Below are positions 28,305 through 36,591 of a stretch of 44,689 nt of DNA, in pieces. The stretch comes from Rickettsiales bacterium (GTDB lineage: Bacteria > Pseudomonadota > Alphaproteobacteria > Rickettsiales > UBA998), in the NCBI GenBank assembly GCA_019749855.1, contig JAIEPI010000115.1, forward strand, positions 1-44,689, given 5' to 3'. Within the stretch, counting starts at the first letter, position 1. Each line of letters starts with the position of its first letter. A program made the translations under genes and the position numbers. The notes beneath the pieces were generated by a model that had not been told where the DNA came from, searched no databases, and saw only the letters and a program-made list of their open reading frames with translations.

Positions 28305-28414
28305 TTTGCGTCTTTGCTAAGTCCGTAATAAAAAAAGTTTTCACCATCGCTTCCGATGATTCCCTACAGAATACTACACCTTCGTTAACGCTGCAAGTTT
28401 ATACTTGACTAATT

Positions 28415-28459
28415 GTAGCTTGGTTGGCATCTTTGCAATATACCAGCTAACAAACCTAC
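28415..28459. promoter_or_regulatory. two operator-like sites in the divergent repressor/rightward intergenic region
   Basis: gtagcttggttggcatc and ccagctaacaaacctac both resemble the 27262 palindrome. Possible rightward promoter TTGTAG-17-CAATAT. Confidence 0.45.
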
Positions 28460-28470
28460 AAGGATAAGCT

Positions 28471-28923
28471 ATGCGCACTACCACAACCAACCACATCCCT
28501 AAAAACGTCACCCGTCTTGAAAAAGAGGTTTATGCAAGCCTGAAACGGCGAGCACGCTTCGTTGGACTTACCATCGACGAACTATGCCGAAGAGCAAAAA
28601 TCGCCCCTTCGACATTTTCCCGCTGGGTAAACGGTCATCACAGCGGGCTAATTTTCACCATTGGTCAAATGGATGAAATCCTCACCAAGCTCGAAGCCGA
28701 GAAGTTTCATACGCTTGAAAAACGCATTCACGCCTGTGAACTGACAATCTCTGGCGCGTGCAGTGAGGTGGATATCCCCGTCCTCGACTATATCCGCTGG
28801 ATTCGCAAAGAGCTTTCCCCCGATTACGGAAAGCTGGCCGAGCTGGAGCGTTTCTTGTCAGAGCTTGAGGAAGCATCTGAGGCAGATCAACCTTCTGAAC
28901 CTGAAAAAATATGCGGGAGGTAG
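28471..28923 (+). CDS. hypothetical early protein (possible HTH, Cro/CII position)
   Basis: AAGGA RBS. LTIDELCRRAKIAPSTFSRWVNG is HTH-like. Codons 3-6 are encoded by the 12-mer box. Confidence 0.5.
   Translation: MRTTTTNHIPKNVTRLEKEVYASLKRRARFVGLTIDELCRRAKIAPSTFSRWVNGHHSGLIFTIGQMDEILTKLEAEKFHTLEKRIHACELTISGACSEVDIPVLDYIRWIRKELSPDYGKLAELERFLSELEEASEADQPSEPEKICGR
28477..28488 (+). promoter_or_regulatory. 12-mer box ACTACCACAACC (plus strand, codons 3-6 of the 28471 gene)
   Basis: Exact copy, and the only plus-strand one. It is in sense with its gene. Confidence 0.8.
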
Positions 28924-28926
28924 ATT

Positions 28927-29259
28927 ATGCGAAACAAACAGGAACTGGAAAACTTCATATCTGAAAGTGTCCGTGAGCAACTTAAACAGCAAGGTTATGG
29001 TGAGTCCTATCTTACGCCCGACCAATTATCTGACCGCTGGAAGGTGACGCCGAAAGCCCTCGAAAAATGGCGGCTGGAAGGCAAGCCCCCCATCTACATG
29101 AAGGTGCAAGCCAGCAAGAAAGCCATCATCCGCTATCCGCTACAAGGCGAAAATGGCGTGCTGGATGTGGAGCAAAAATGGCTGCGCAGCTCCACCAGTG
29201 ACACTGGCACAAATTGTTCAACTTTTAACGTCCCGGCAAAGAGCCTGGCTAACACCTAA
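28927..29259 (+). CDS. small DNA-binding protein, AlpA/excisionase-like HTH
   Basis: LTPDQLSDRWKVTPKALEKWRLEGKPPIYMKV resembles MerR/AlpA-type HTH proteins. Confidence 0.45.
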   Translation: MRNKQELENFISESVREQLKQQGYGESYLTPDQLSDRWKVTPKALEKWRLEGKPPIYMKVQASKKAIIRYPLQGENGVLDVEQKWLRSSTSDTGTNCSTFNVPAKSLANT

Positions 29260-29277
29260 CCTAACGGAGGGGGCACT

Positions 29278-30417
29278 ATGCGAACCTACGGCAAGGTTAA
29301 AATAGCCTTTTGGGAAGACGAAAAAATCAGAGGATTGCAAGATGCGCCAAAACTACTGGCGCTATATTGCTTAACTGGTGAGCATAGCAATGCCATTGGC
29401 TGCTTCCGCTTGCCCATTGGCTACATTGAAACGGATCTGCGCTGGGACAAAGACAAAGCCCAATCAGCACTGACAGAGCTCATCGAAGCGGGATTCATTA
29501 TTTACGACGATGAAACCAACTATCTGCTCATGCCGCGCTACCTTGAGCATAACCCCATCGAAAATTCCCGCGTCGGCAAGATGTGCGTCCAGCTCATCAA
29601 TAATACCATGCGCTCACATAAAATATTCCCCGCGCTATGGCGAGCGCTTCAACATCAGAAAAATCGCTTTTCCATCAAAGATGATAACTTTTGGAATCCA
29701 GAATGGGACGTGCTCTATAAAAAACTATGCGTCGGCAATTATACCGTATCAGCAAAAGACAGCGGCAAGCAGCATACCCTATCGGATACCGTATCCGATA
29801 CAGTATCAGATACCCTATCGCATACCGTATCAGATACCGTATATTCAAAATCAGAGGTCACATCTAAAAATGGCGGAAATCCTCAACAATATACCGTATC
29901 CGATACCCTATCCGATACGGTAGGCGGCAGTGTGCAGGACTTTGCTCCCCCTGAACCTGAACCCCAACCAAAACCGAAACCAGAAAATAGAGATGATGAG
30001 GTCACGCGCCCGCGCACGACCCCTGTAGAAATCATCAGGGCTTTTGACGAAGCAATCGTTGAAGTGTTTGGCGAACAGCTTGCGCGACCTTGGCCGCATG
30101 GCGAAGACGCAATGATTGCCGCACAATTCATCGCGGCCGGAGCTGATCGTGAGCTGTGCCGGCAGGTTTTTCTCAAGCAGCTGCATTCCCATCACCGCAA
30201 AGGCAAGCACCCCATTGGCAGCTTGGCTTATTTCCGCACGGCCATTCCCGACGCGGTGAAAGACCGAACATTCTACCAACAAAACCCAATAACGGAGGTC
30301 AATCATGACGGAACCAAACCTGATGCAAGCCGACAATATGCGCCCCGCGCGCGCAGCGGTCATGACGCTTTCACTGAAGCCTTGGTTGAAGTCGTACACG
30401 AGCGCGAACGAGATTGA
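29278..30417 (+). CDS. replication-initiator-like protein with internal iterons
   Basis: GGAGGGGG RBS. The position after the immunity region, plus tandem 12-bp repeats inside the ORF followed by a Pro/Glu-rich linker, is analogous to lambda O. The function is inferred from organisation only. Confidence 0.45.
   Translation: MRTYGKVKIAFWEDEKIRGLQDAPKLLALYCLTGEHSNAIGCFRLPIGYIETDLRWDKDKAQSALTELIEAGFIIYDDETNYLLMPRYLEHNPIENSRVGKMCVQLINNTMRSHKIFPALWRALQHQKNRFSIKDDNFWNPEWDVLYKKLCVGNYTVSAKDSGKQHTLSDTVSDTVSDTLSHTVSDTVYSKSEVTSKNGGNPQQYTVSDTLSDTVGGSVQDFAPPEPEPQPKPKPENRDDEVTRPRTTPVEIIRAFDEAIVEVFGEQLARPWPHGEDAMIAAQFIAAGADRELCRQVFLKQLHSHHRKGKHPIGSLAYFRTAIPDAVKDRTFYQQNPITEVNHDGTKPDASRQYAPRARSGHDAFTEALVEVVHERERD
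29774..29920. repeat. 12-bp iterons ATACC(G/C)TATC(C/A)G, 6 tandem plus about 2.5 tandem copies
   Basis: Units start at 29774, 29786, 29798, 29810, 29822 and 29834, and again at 29891, 29903 and 29915. They are translated as (S/H)DT(V/L) repeats. Confidence 0.7.
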
Positions 30418-31153
30418 TTGGCTTTGCAAGCATCCGCTCACCGCTACTGGCGCCATAGACCATCGCCGTGCTGAAGGTTACCAGAGCCGACAAATCCGAC
30501 CTGTGCCAGTCATCGCCAGAAATAGCGAACGCTACATTGAGCTGATTGATGCGGTTGAGCACGTCAGGCTTTTAGCCGTACCCGCAACGCCTGCAGAAGC
30601 TGGCTTTGAACTCAAGCGGCTTTCGGTCTGGTGTCCGATGGGCCATCGTGATTCCCGCGATTTCAAAATTATGATTCACGATGCCTTGACCGACCTCGCG
30701 GAGTTTCCACCCGACTTATTGCAAAAAGCCTGCGCCATTTACCGCAATGACCCAGACCCGCGCTGCGATTTCTTCCCGCGTCCTGGGAGGCTGAAAGCTC
30801 TGGTGGCGGATGACTTGCGCGAGCGTAAGCAACTGCTTTTCCGACTTGAACGCCTGCTGGCGGTTGCCAATGAGCCGCCAAAATTACCCCCGCCGATTAC
30901 CTTGGTTGAGCTGGAGCAGCAGGCTCTTAACTCGCTCGAAGTCGAAGCAATGATGGCGCAGATCAGCGGCAGAACCTACACGCCACTTTCACCTGAGGAA
31001 TTCCAAGCCGAGCATTTGCGACGCACCGAAAAGAAAATTCAGGAAGCGGTCAACGAGCAACATCTGAGCCCTGACATGGCGGAGCGGATGCTGCAAGCCC
31101 TGCGTGAAATTACTAACCACCAAACGGAAAAAGCCCATGAAAAAACCGCATGA
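30305..31153 (+). CDS. hypothetical protein (replication-module position)
   Basis: 282-aa ORF overlapping the end of the preceding gene in another frame. No recognisable motif. Confidence 0.45.
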   Translation: MTEPNLMQADNMRPARAAVMTLSLKPWLKSYTSANEIDWLCKHPLTATGAIDHRRAEGYQSRQIRPVPVIARNSERYIELIDAVEHVRLLAVPATPAEAGFELKRLSVWCPMGHRDSRDFKIMIHDALTDLAEFPPDLLQKACAIYRNDPDPRCDFFPRPGRLKALVADDLRERKQLLFRLERLLAVANEPPKLPPPITLVELEQQALNSLEVEAMMAQISGRTYTPLSPEEFQAEHLRRTEKKIQEAVNEQHLSPDMAERMLQALREITNHQTEKAHEKTA

Positions 31154-31799
31154 CCCTAAAAAACAAGCGGATTTTCTTGCCATCACCCACAAGAAAATTA
31201 ACCGCAAACTCCCAAAACAGGGCTTTGAATCTGACCTCGGTTCGCCAGAGCTGGAAAATCATCACGTCCTGAAAGTCGAGTTTGTCGATGCGGAAGGCAA
31301 TTACGCTGACCAAAACAAAGGCCGTAAACGTGTTCGCAACATCACCCAAACGACACTGGATTACTGCAAAGCCTATGCTCTTATCAGCGAAGACCAGCAC
31401 AAAGCCGGCGAGCAACTTTATTCCGATTGCTATTATGGCGGCATGGTTCCGCGGGCGATCGCAACCTTAATGGATGGATTGCCCCGCACTGGCGGCTCTG
31501 GCAGATTCTCTGGTTTTGCCGAAGGGCGCATCGATGCGCAGCGCAGATATTCTCGCATCCGTCAGGCTTTAATGAAACGCCATATCGACAAAGAGCGCGG
31601 CATCACATTTTGGGAAGTTGCCTACCAAGTCAGCATTACTGGCATTCCGATTGATGAGCTGGAAAAATGGACAGAGTGGCCGAGGCGGTCAGGCAAGAAA
31701 CTCATCGGATTGGTGCTGGATGCTGTTTACGAAGTCTATGATGACATCCACAGTGAGCAGCGTCGGAAACAAAAACGCTATCACACCATTCGTGATTAG
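31137..31799 (+). CDS. hypothetical protein
   Basis: I prefer the ATG at 31137 (MKKPHDPKK). It is preceded by ACTAACCACCAAACGGAAAAAG, a degenerate version of the box-plus-CA-rich leader. Confidence 0.45.
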   Translation: MKKPHDPKKQADFLAITHKKINRKLPKQGFESDLGSPELENHHVLKVEFVDAEGNYADQNKGRKRVRNITQTTLDYCKAYALISEDQHKAGEQLYSDCYYGGMVPRAIATLMDGLPRTGGSGRFSGFAEGRIDAQRRYSRIRQALMKRHIDKERGITFWEVAYQVSITGIPIDELEKWTEWPRRSGKKLIGLVLDAVYEVYDDIHSEQRRKQKRYHTIRD

Positions 31800-33731
31800 C
31801 TACGCAGCATCCTGCACGGCGGCAATATTTTCTGGTCGCGGCCATGCCTGCAACGCGAGACCGAACAAGTGTTTGCCGCGTTTCGTGATAGCATCTTCAT
31901 TCCAACCATCAACGTTCAAGAAATAACGGTTTAAGGCCAGTGCGGAATGTTTCAATAATTTCTCACGCTTATCGGTAAAACCTTCATTACCAAAGCTGGA
32001 ATTAAGCGACTGCATGATGAGCGTCAGGTTACCAAAGCTATGCAGCAACTGCTTGCGGTTATGGATTTTGCCGTAAATACCATCTTCTTCCTGTTCCTGA
32101 TACCATTGCGAATCAGCTTCTTCCCATTCTTGCTTGCTAATTGCACGACCATCTAGCGGCCAATTCTCAAACCAACTGAACGGCATAAAATGCTCAACGG
32201 ACAGCGCAGAATTAATCGTCACATCTTCGCTGAATTTGCTGCGGTCTTGATTTTCCAGCACTTGCAGAATTCCATTTACGGCGTAAGTGCCGAGTTCACT
32301 ATAAACGGCACGTTCAAGCCATGCTTTCTCAAATTCACCATCTGAAGGCCATGCGTTAATTTCAGAGGTGTATGATGTAAGCAGAGCTTGCAGGCTGGCG
32401 CGGTTCACGCCCATTTCCCGCAGCTTCCTCGTCATTGCAACAAAGGTCTTATTGTAGCTTTTCTGCGTTTTATTGCAGATAAGGCGGCGTATCAGGTAGG
32501 AATCCAAATCTTTATACACACCAGCACGTTCTTCCTCACCCAAATTGCCTTCCAGCTCGATGAGCATGATGAGCGGGTAAATCGCGGTAATATCCCAACG
32601 GCGCAAGCGCTTTGCGAATTCTGAAAGTACGGTATCCTCTTTGCCGTGAGTCAGGATTTCATAAACCTTGCTGGCGCGTTTAATATCTTCCAGCTCCTCA
32701 GTGACGGAAGCAAACGGCTCATCGTTGATAATCCAACCTTTGTAATCAGGAAAAATCTTATCAAAGCGTACTTCTGCACCGCTTTTGTAAAGGAGGTAGT
32801 TGTAGAAGAAGAACACCAGACGCTCTTCCGTCATACGGCCTTGCTTGACCTTGCTGCTCCAGAACGGTGTTTCCATTTCTTCCCAATGCGTATCGTACAG
32901 AGAATCCATGTCTAGCTCAGACTTATCAGCTCGCATAAAAATGTAATTGCGTATCAGATCTGCCGAGGTGAGTGGTGTGCCGCGTCCGTTCAACGTTTCA
33001 AAAATCATCTGCGGATCATCTTTGTCTAGCAGCTGAATCTCAACGATTTTTAGGTCATTCATTAACGCCTGATAGACATAATTCAGCACCTTGGCTGCAT
33101 CGAGTGGTTCATCATTCTCAGCCGTAACGCTTACGATTTCTTTCACGAACGCGCTGATCGTATCTTCAAAAAATAGGTATGCGCCTAAAACATTATTTTC
33201 GCGCATCTTGTTTTTGCGGTCACTTTTGTTGCCTTGGATATTCCATGCCTGATGCTTTTTAATGAATTCATCAAACGGCGTATTCAATGCTTCCTGGAAT
33301 GTTTCTTGGTCAAAGCGAGTCGGCCAGAGCTTGAATCGCTCCACTTCATTATTCACTGAACGGTACTGATTAAACAGGCAGCCCGTAATGTCCTCTGCCA
33401 GAGCTTCAACTTCATAGCGCCTGCATACTTCACGAAGAGCTGCGAGTACCAATTGCACCGTTGTCATGCGCTGTTGTCCGTCGATGACGGTAAAAGCCGG
33501 AATACTTTGCGTATTCGTTGGTAGGCGTTTATGCGCCAGCACAACAGAACCCATGAAGTGCGGATGCGCCTGCTGGCCGTTCATCCTGTCCACGGCTTTA
33601 TCGCGAATGTCATCCCATAGCGGCTGCCATTGATTCTTCTCATCCCAAACGTAATGACGCTGGAAGATAGGCACAATGTAGCGGATTTTCCGCTCAAACA
33701 ACTCGCTTATAGTTCTTGGGTCTGACTGCAT
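31800..33731 (-). CDS. GmrSD-type DUF262/DUF1524 protein (type IV restriction-like)
   Basis: N-terminal IPIFQRHYVW and DGQQR (VIDGQQRMTT) are DUF262/ParB-like NTPase motifs. The C-terminal SVEHFMP region is of the DUF1524 His-Me finger type. Confidence 0.8.
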   Translation of the reverse strand: MQSDPRTISELFERKIRYIVPIFQRHYVWDEKNQWQPLWDDIRDKAVDRMNGQQAHPHFMGSVVLAHKRLPTNTQSIPAFTVIDGQQRMTTVQLVLAALREVCRRYEVEALAEDITGCLFNQYRSVNNEVERFKLWPTRFDQETFQEALNTPFDEFIKKHQAWNIQGNKSDRKNKMRENNVLGAYLFFEDTISAFVKEIVSVTAENDEPLDAAKVLNYVYQALMNDLKIVEIQLLDKDDPQMIFETLNGRGTPLTSADLIRNYIFMRADKSELDMDSLYDTHWEEMETPFWSSKVKQGRMTEERLVFFFYNYLLYKSGAEVRFDKIFPDYKGWIINDEPFASVTEELEDIKRASKVYEILTHGKEDTVLSEFAKRLRRWDITAIYPLIMLIELEGNLGEEERAGVYKDLDSYLIRRLICNKTQKSYNKTFVAMTRKLREMGVNRASLQALLTSYTSEINAWPSDGEFEKAWLERAVYSELGTYAVNGILQVLENQDRSKFSEDVTINSALSVEHFMPFSWFENWPLDGRAISKQEWEEADSQWYQEQEEDGIYGKIHNRKQLLHSFGNLTLIMQSLNSSFGNEGFTDKREKLLKHSALALNRYFLNVDGWNEDAITKRGKHLFGLALQAWPRPENIAAVQDAA

Positions 33732-33779
33732 ATTTTTCCTCTCCTTGTTTTTATTATTCGATTATTTGCATAGTTGCCA

Positions 33780-34904
33780 CTAATCACTTTCCAGTTCATC
33801 CAGATATTTTTTGAATTTGAAGCTCTGGTTGCGCTGCTTCCCATCTTCGGGCTGCAAAATTCCTATTTCCACGAATTTATCCACGAGCTTCTTTGCCGGC
33901 GGGTAAGTGGTTTCAATTGCTTCTGCCACGTCATTGATGGTCATTACTGGATTATGGCAGAGGCTATCGAGCAGCTTTAAGCCTTTCACGCGGTTGCGGC
34001 CAAGCGCAGCCTCGATGCGTTCCGAGCTTTCACGAATGAGTGTATCCACCCGCCACGCGCGGGTAACCACATCATCAGCAGATTCCTTCACGCCACGGAG
34101 AAAATACTTAATCCAGCCCTCATAGTCAGCCTTCACGCGCACGGCATCGAGCCTGCTGTAATACTCGCTGCGGAATTTCTTGAAGTAAAAGGACGGATAC
34201 AAAATCGGCTCTTTCAACAGTCCGTATTCCAACATCATCAGCACAATCAGCAAACGACCAATACGGCCATTGCCATCTAAAAATGGGTGGATGGTTTCAA
34301 ACTGGACGTGCGCAAGCCCAACGCGGATAAGCGGCTCACAGGTGCTATCTTCGTTAATGAATTTCTCAAGGTCACGAATCAGATCAGGCACATAATTCGC
34401 AGGAGGCGGTACGAGCTTGCCGACGAACACAGGAACTTTGCGGAACTCGCCTGGGGCTTTAGTCTGTCCCCGCGCGCCAGCCAGCAAAACTTGGTGACTC
34501 TCCCTGATGACACGATTCGTTAGTGGCAACCCCTGTTCACGAACCATATTCAGGGCATGATTAACCGCATCGAGGTAATTCAACACATCCTCAACATTTC
34601 GGTTTTCACGCATTTTCTTGCGAGCATTAAACTCAAGCACTTCGGTCAGCGTGGTGTAGATGCCTTCAATTTCACTGGAAAGCACGGCTTCCTTCGCAAC
34701 ATACACGTCAATGAATTGTCGTTTGCTGGGGATGCGGGTTCCCACCTCGTCGAGCCGCCCCAAGCTCTGCATAGCTTCGCCATAGAGCGAGATCATCTCT
34801 GCATCCATCTGGAAGGCTGGCTCCGGTGGCAGAGGTTTCGGCACGAAATGCTCGTGTTCTCCAAATTTCTCGTAATGCCCGCTGCGGCTTGCTTGTGTCG
34901 TCAT
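33780..34904 (-). CDS. Fic-family protein (class II, N-terminal inhibitory helix)
   Basis: Canonical HPFLDGNGRIGR Fic motif, SSEIEG matching the (S/T)xxxE(G/N) inhibitory motif upstream, and a C-terminal wHTH-like region. Confidence 0.9.
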   Translation of the reverse strand: MTTQASRSGHYEKFGEHEHFVPKPLPPEPAFQMDAEMISLYGEAMQSLGRLDEVGTRIPSKRQFIDVYVAKEAVLSSEIEGIYTTLTEVLEFNARKKMRENRNVEDVLNYLDAVNHALNMVREQGLPLTNRVIRESHQVLLAGARGQTKAPGEFRKVPVFVGKLVPPPANYVPDLIRDLEKFINEDSTCEPLIRVGLAHVQFETIHPFLDGNGRIGRLLIVLMMLEYGLLKEPILYPSFYFKKFRSEYYSRLDAVRVKADYEGWIKYFLRGVKESADDVVTRAWRVDTLIRESSERIEAALGRNRVKGLKLLDSLCHNPVMTINDVAEAIETTYPPAKKLVDKFVEIGILQPEDGKQRNQSFKFKKYLDELESD

Positions 34905-34915
34905 TTTAGTCCTCG

Positions 34916-34958
34916 AAAGTATAATAAGGATGGCTTTTTGGGTTCGTTATTATACTTT
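34916..34958. promoter_or_regulatory. 12-bp inverted repeat in the fic 5' region
   Basis: aaagtataataa (34916-34927) and ttattatacttt (34947-34958). The distal arm contains a minus-strand TATAAT. Confidence 0.4.
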
Positions 34959-35159
34959 ACACCGATTATCATATAATAACAAGAGATATTGTTATATCAT
35001 AAGCCGACAAAGCTATAATAACAGTGGCTATGTGGTCACATATTATACCTTTGCTCGCCTTGAATCTTTGCAAACTTGCTAAGTTACTGAAATACTGAAA
35101 AAATATCTTGCATAGCGTCACGGCATAATGTAATGTTTTCACATAATCGAAAAATTACG

Positions 35160-35187
35160 TCCCAGCCACCGAGCTGGGATTTTTTTT
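35160..35187 (+). terminator. rho-independent terminator with no upstream plus-strand ORF
   Basis: tcccagc-caccga-gctggga followed by T8. Confidence 0.65.
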
Positions 35188-35230
35188 GCCCACACGGAAT
35201 AAATGAATTTCGTATCCCTAAAAATCCCTA

Positions 35231-35313
35231 GTTTTACCCTGTTTTTACCCATTTTCACCTCGAAATGAGGTCAAAAAGTGGTGTTTTTACCTTTTTGGGA
35301 CTAGGTCAAAAAA
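35231..35313. repeat. cluster of T4-5(C)ACC repeats just downstream of the first parB-like gene (candidate centromere/iteron site)
   Basis: Direct copies at 35232, 35242 and 35252 (10-bp phasing) and at 35284. Inverted GGTCAAAAA copies at 35269 and 35304. Confidence 0.45.
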
Positions 35314-35439
35314 TCGCACCTAATGATTGAAAGCCTTGATAATCCTAGCTTTGGAAGAAAATTTGCCCGCGCTTTCATCATAAATGAATCTCTAAAAAAA
35401 AGAGGTCAGATAGCATTTACACCATCTGACCTCCCAAAT

Positions 35440-36465
35440 TTACGCTGCTTCAAGCACTTCTTCGGTAGCAACGGCTTCTTCGGTCGCATCATCAGCCACG
35501 CTCAACTCATCAAAGACTTTCTTCTGCGCTACAGGCTCAAGCAATTTCTTTTGCGCCATTGCCAAAACCTTGCCCATTGCACCCAGCTTATCGGCAATCG
35601 TGCTTGCACGGATACGGTCGATCTTCTTCACAATGTCCATTTCCCCATCCTTATTGAAAAAGCGGTTTAGGGTGAGCGCCATCGTGTCGATATGCTGCTC
35701 AAGACTTTTAAGAGCCCGCACTTCTTCTTCGGACAGCTTCACATCAGGAAACAATTCAGGCTGGTTGCCTGCATCGGCAAAAGTTTGAGCAACGGCTGCC
35801 AATTCGCTGCTGTCAACTTTACCGCTGCGGATCATGCGCCAGAATGGGTCTTGATATTCAGGAGCAACCTTTGAAAGGTAAAATGCCTGGGTGGGTGTCA
35901 ATATCCCTTGCTCCAAACAGATTTGATATTCAGGTTTCAAGTTCAACAGCGTCAGGCGGTCATGCACACGGAACGGCTGCAAGATGCCAACTGTTTCTGC
36001 TAACTGCTCTGGCGTTAAGTCAAAATCATCCATCGCCTTACGATATGCCCGCGCTTCTTCCAGAGGCGAAATATCAACACGCTGCAAATTCTCGATAATC
36101 ATCTGCGCGGTCAACGAGGCATCGGATAGTTGCTTGATGATGACTTGGACATTTTCCAGCTCAAGCAGTTTGCAAGCACGATAACGGCGTTCACCAGCAA
36201 CAATCATGTATTTGCCAGTGCCATCAGGTCTTACGACAATCGGGCTAATCAGACCTTGCACCTTAATCGACGCAGCAAGTTGGCGCAGTTCGGTTTCATC
36301 GAAATGCTTACGGGCTTGCTCATCGTTGGCATAAATCTGATTGAGAGGAAGCTGCTGCATCACATCGTTCGGCACGGCTTGGTGCAGACGAGTGACTTTC
36401 GCAGGCTTGGTTTTCTTAGCTTGTTTTGGTGACGTAGCTTTTTTCTTGGCGGTTGCTTTAGGCAT
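35440..36465 (-). CDS. ParB/Spo0J-family protein with canonical GERRxRA motif
   Basis: The ATG at 36465 follows AAGGAGAA. Lys-rich N-terminus, then LISPIVVRPDGTGKYMIVAGERRYRACKLL. The longer ORF-track start would translate the leader box. Confidence 0.8.
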   Translation of the reverse strand: MPKATAKKKATSPKQAKKTKPAKVTRLHQAVPNDVMQQLPLNQIYANDEQARKHFDETELRQLAASIKVQGLISPIVVRPDGTGKYMIVAGERRYRACKLLELENVQVIIKQLSDASLTAQMIIENLQRVDISPLEEARAYRKAMDDFDLTPEQLAETVGILQPFRVHDRLTLLNLKPEYQICLEQGILTPTQAFYLSKVAPEYQDPFWRMIRSGKVDSSELAAVAQTFADAGNQPELFPDVKLSEEEVRALKSLEQHIDTMALTLNRFFNKDGEMDIVKKIDRIRASTIADKLGAMGKVLAMAQKKLLEPVAQKKVFDELSVADDATEEAVATEEVLEAA

Positions 36466-36486
36466 AGGATTCTCCTTGGTTTTGGT

Positions 36487-36498
36487 GGTTGTGGTAGT
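36487..36498 (-). promoter_or_regulatory. 12-mer box ACTACCACAACC
   Basis: Exact copy, 21 nt upstream of the ATG at 36465. Confidence 0.8.
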
Positions 36499-36518
36499 GG
36501 GCTTTAGTGCCAATCCAA

Positions 36519-36551
36519 ATCCTATCCAAATGACCTTTACCGTCCACAAAA
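36519..36551 (-). promoter_or_regulatory. promoter TGGACG-16-TAGGAT with conserved upstream box TTTTGTGGACGGT
   Basis: The same architecture and spacing recur at 42572-42604 and 39642-39674. Confidence 0.5.
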
Positions 36552-36591
36552 TTCGACCTGCGAAACTAAAATAATTCGCATTAAATCAACA

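Noticed and set aside
29774-29920. Tandem 12-bp repeats as a CRISPR array or simple satellite
   Set aside because: There are no spacers. The units are contiguous, in frame and inside a long ORF. An iteron or repeat-peptide interpretation fits better.
29510-30456. Alternative-frame and antisense ORFs across the replication gene (29510-29923 +, 29883-30176 -, 29908-30456 -), and similar antisense ORFs inside most long genes
   Set aside because: These are shadow ORFs of the longer, motif-bearing frames, with repeat-derived or low-complexity translations.
36466-36549. Long N-terminal extensions in the ORF track for the ParB-like genes (36549, 42620) and for 39690, 39237 and 7724, giving peptides such as KPTTTTTKTKENPM
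   Set aside because: These extensions translate the conserved 12-mer/CA-rich leader and the SD. Internal ATGs with strong AAGGAG-type RBSs (36465, 42521, 39597, 39168, 7658) are far better starts.
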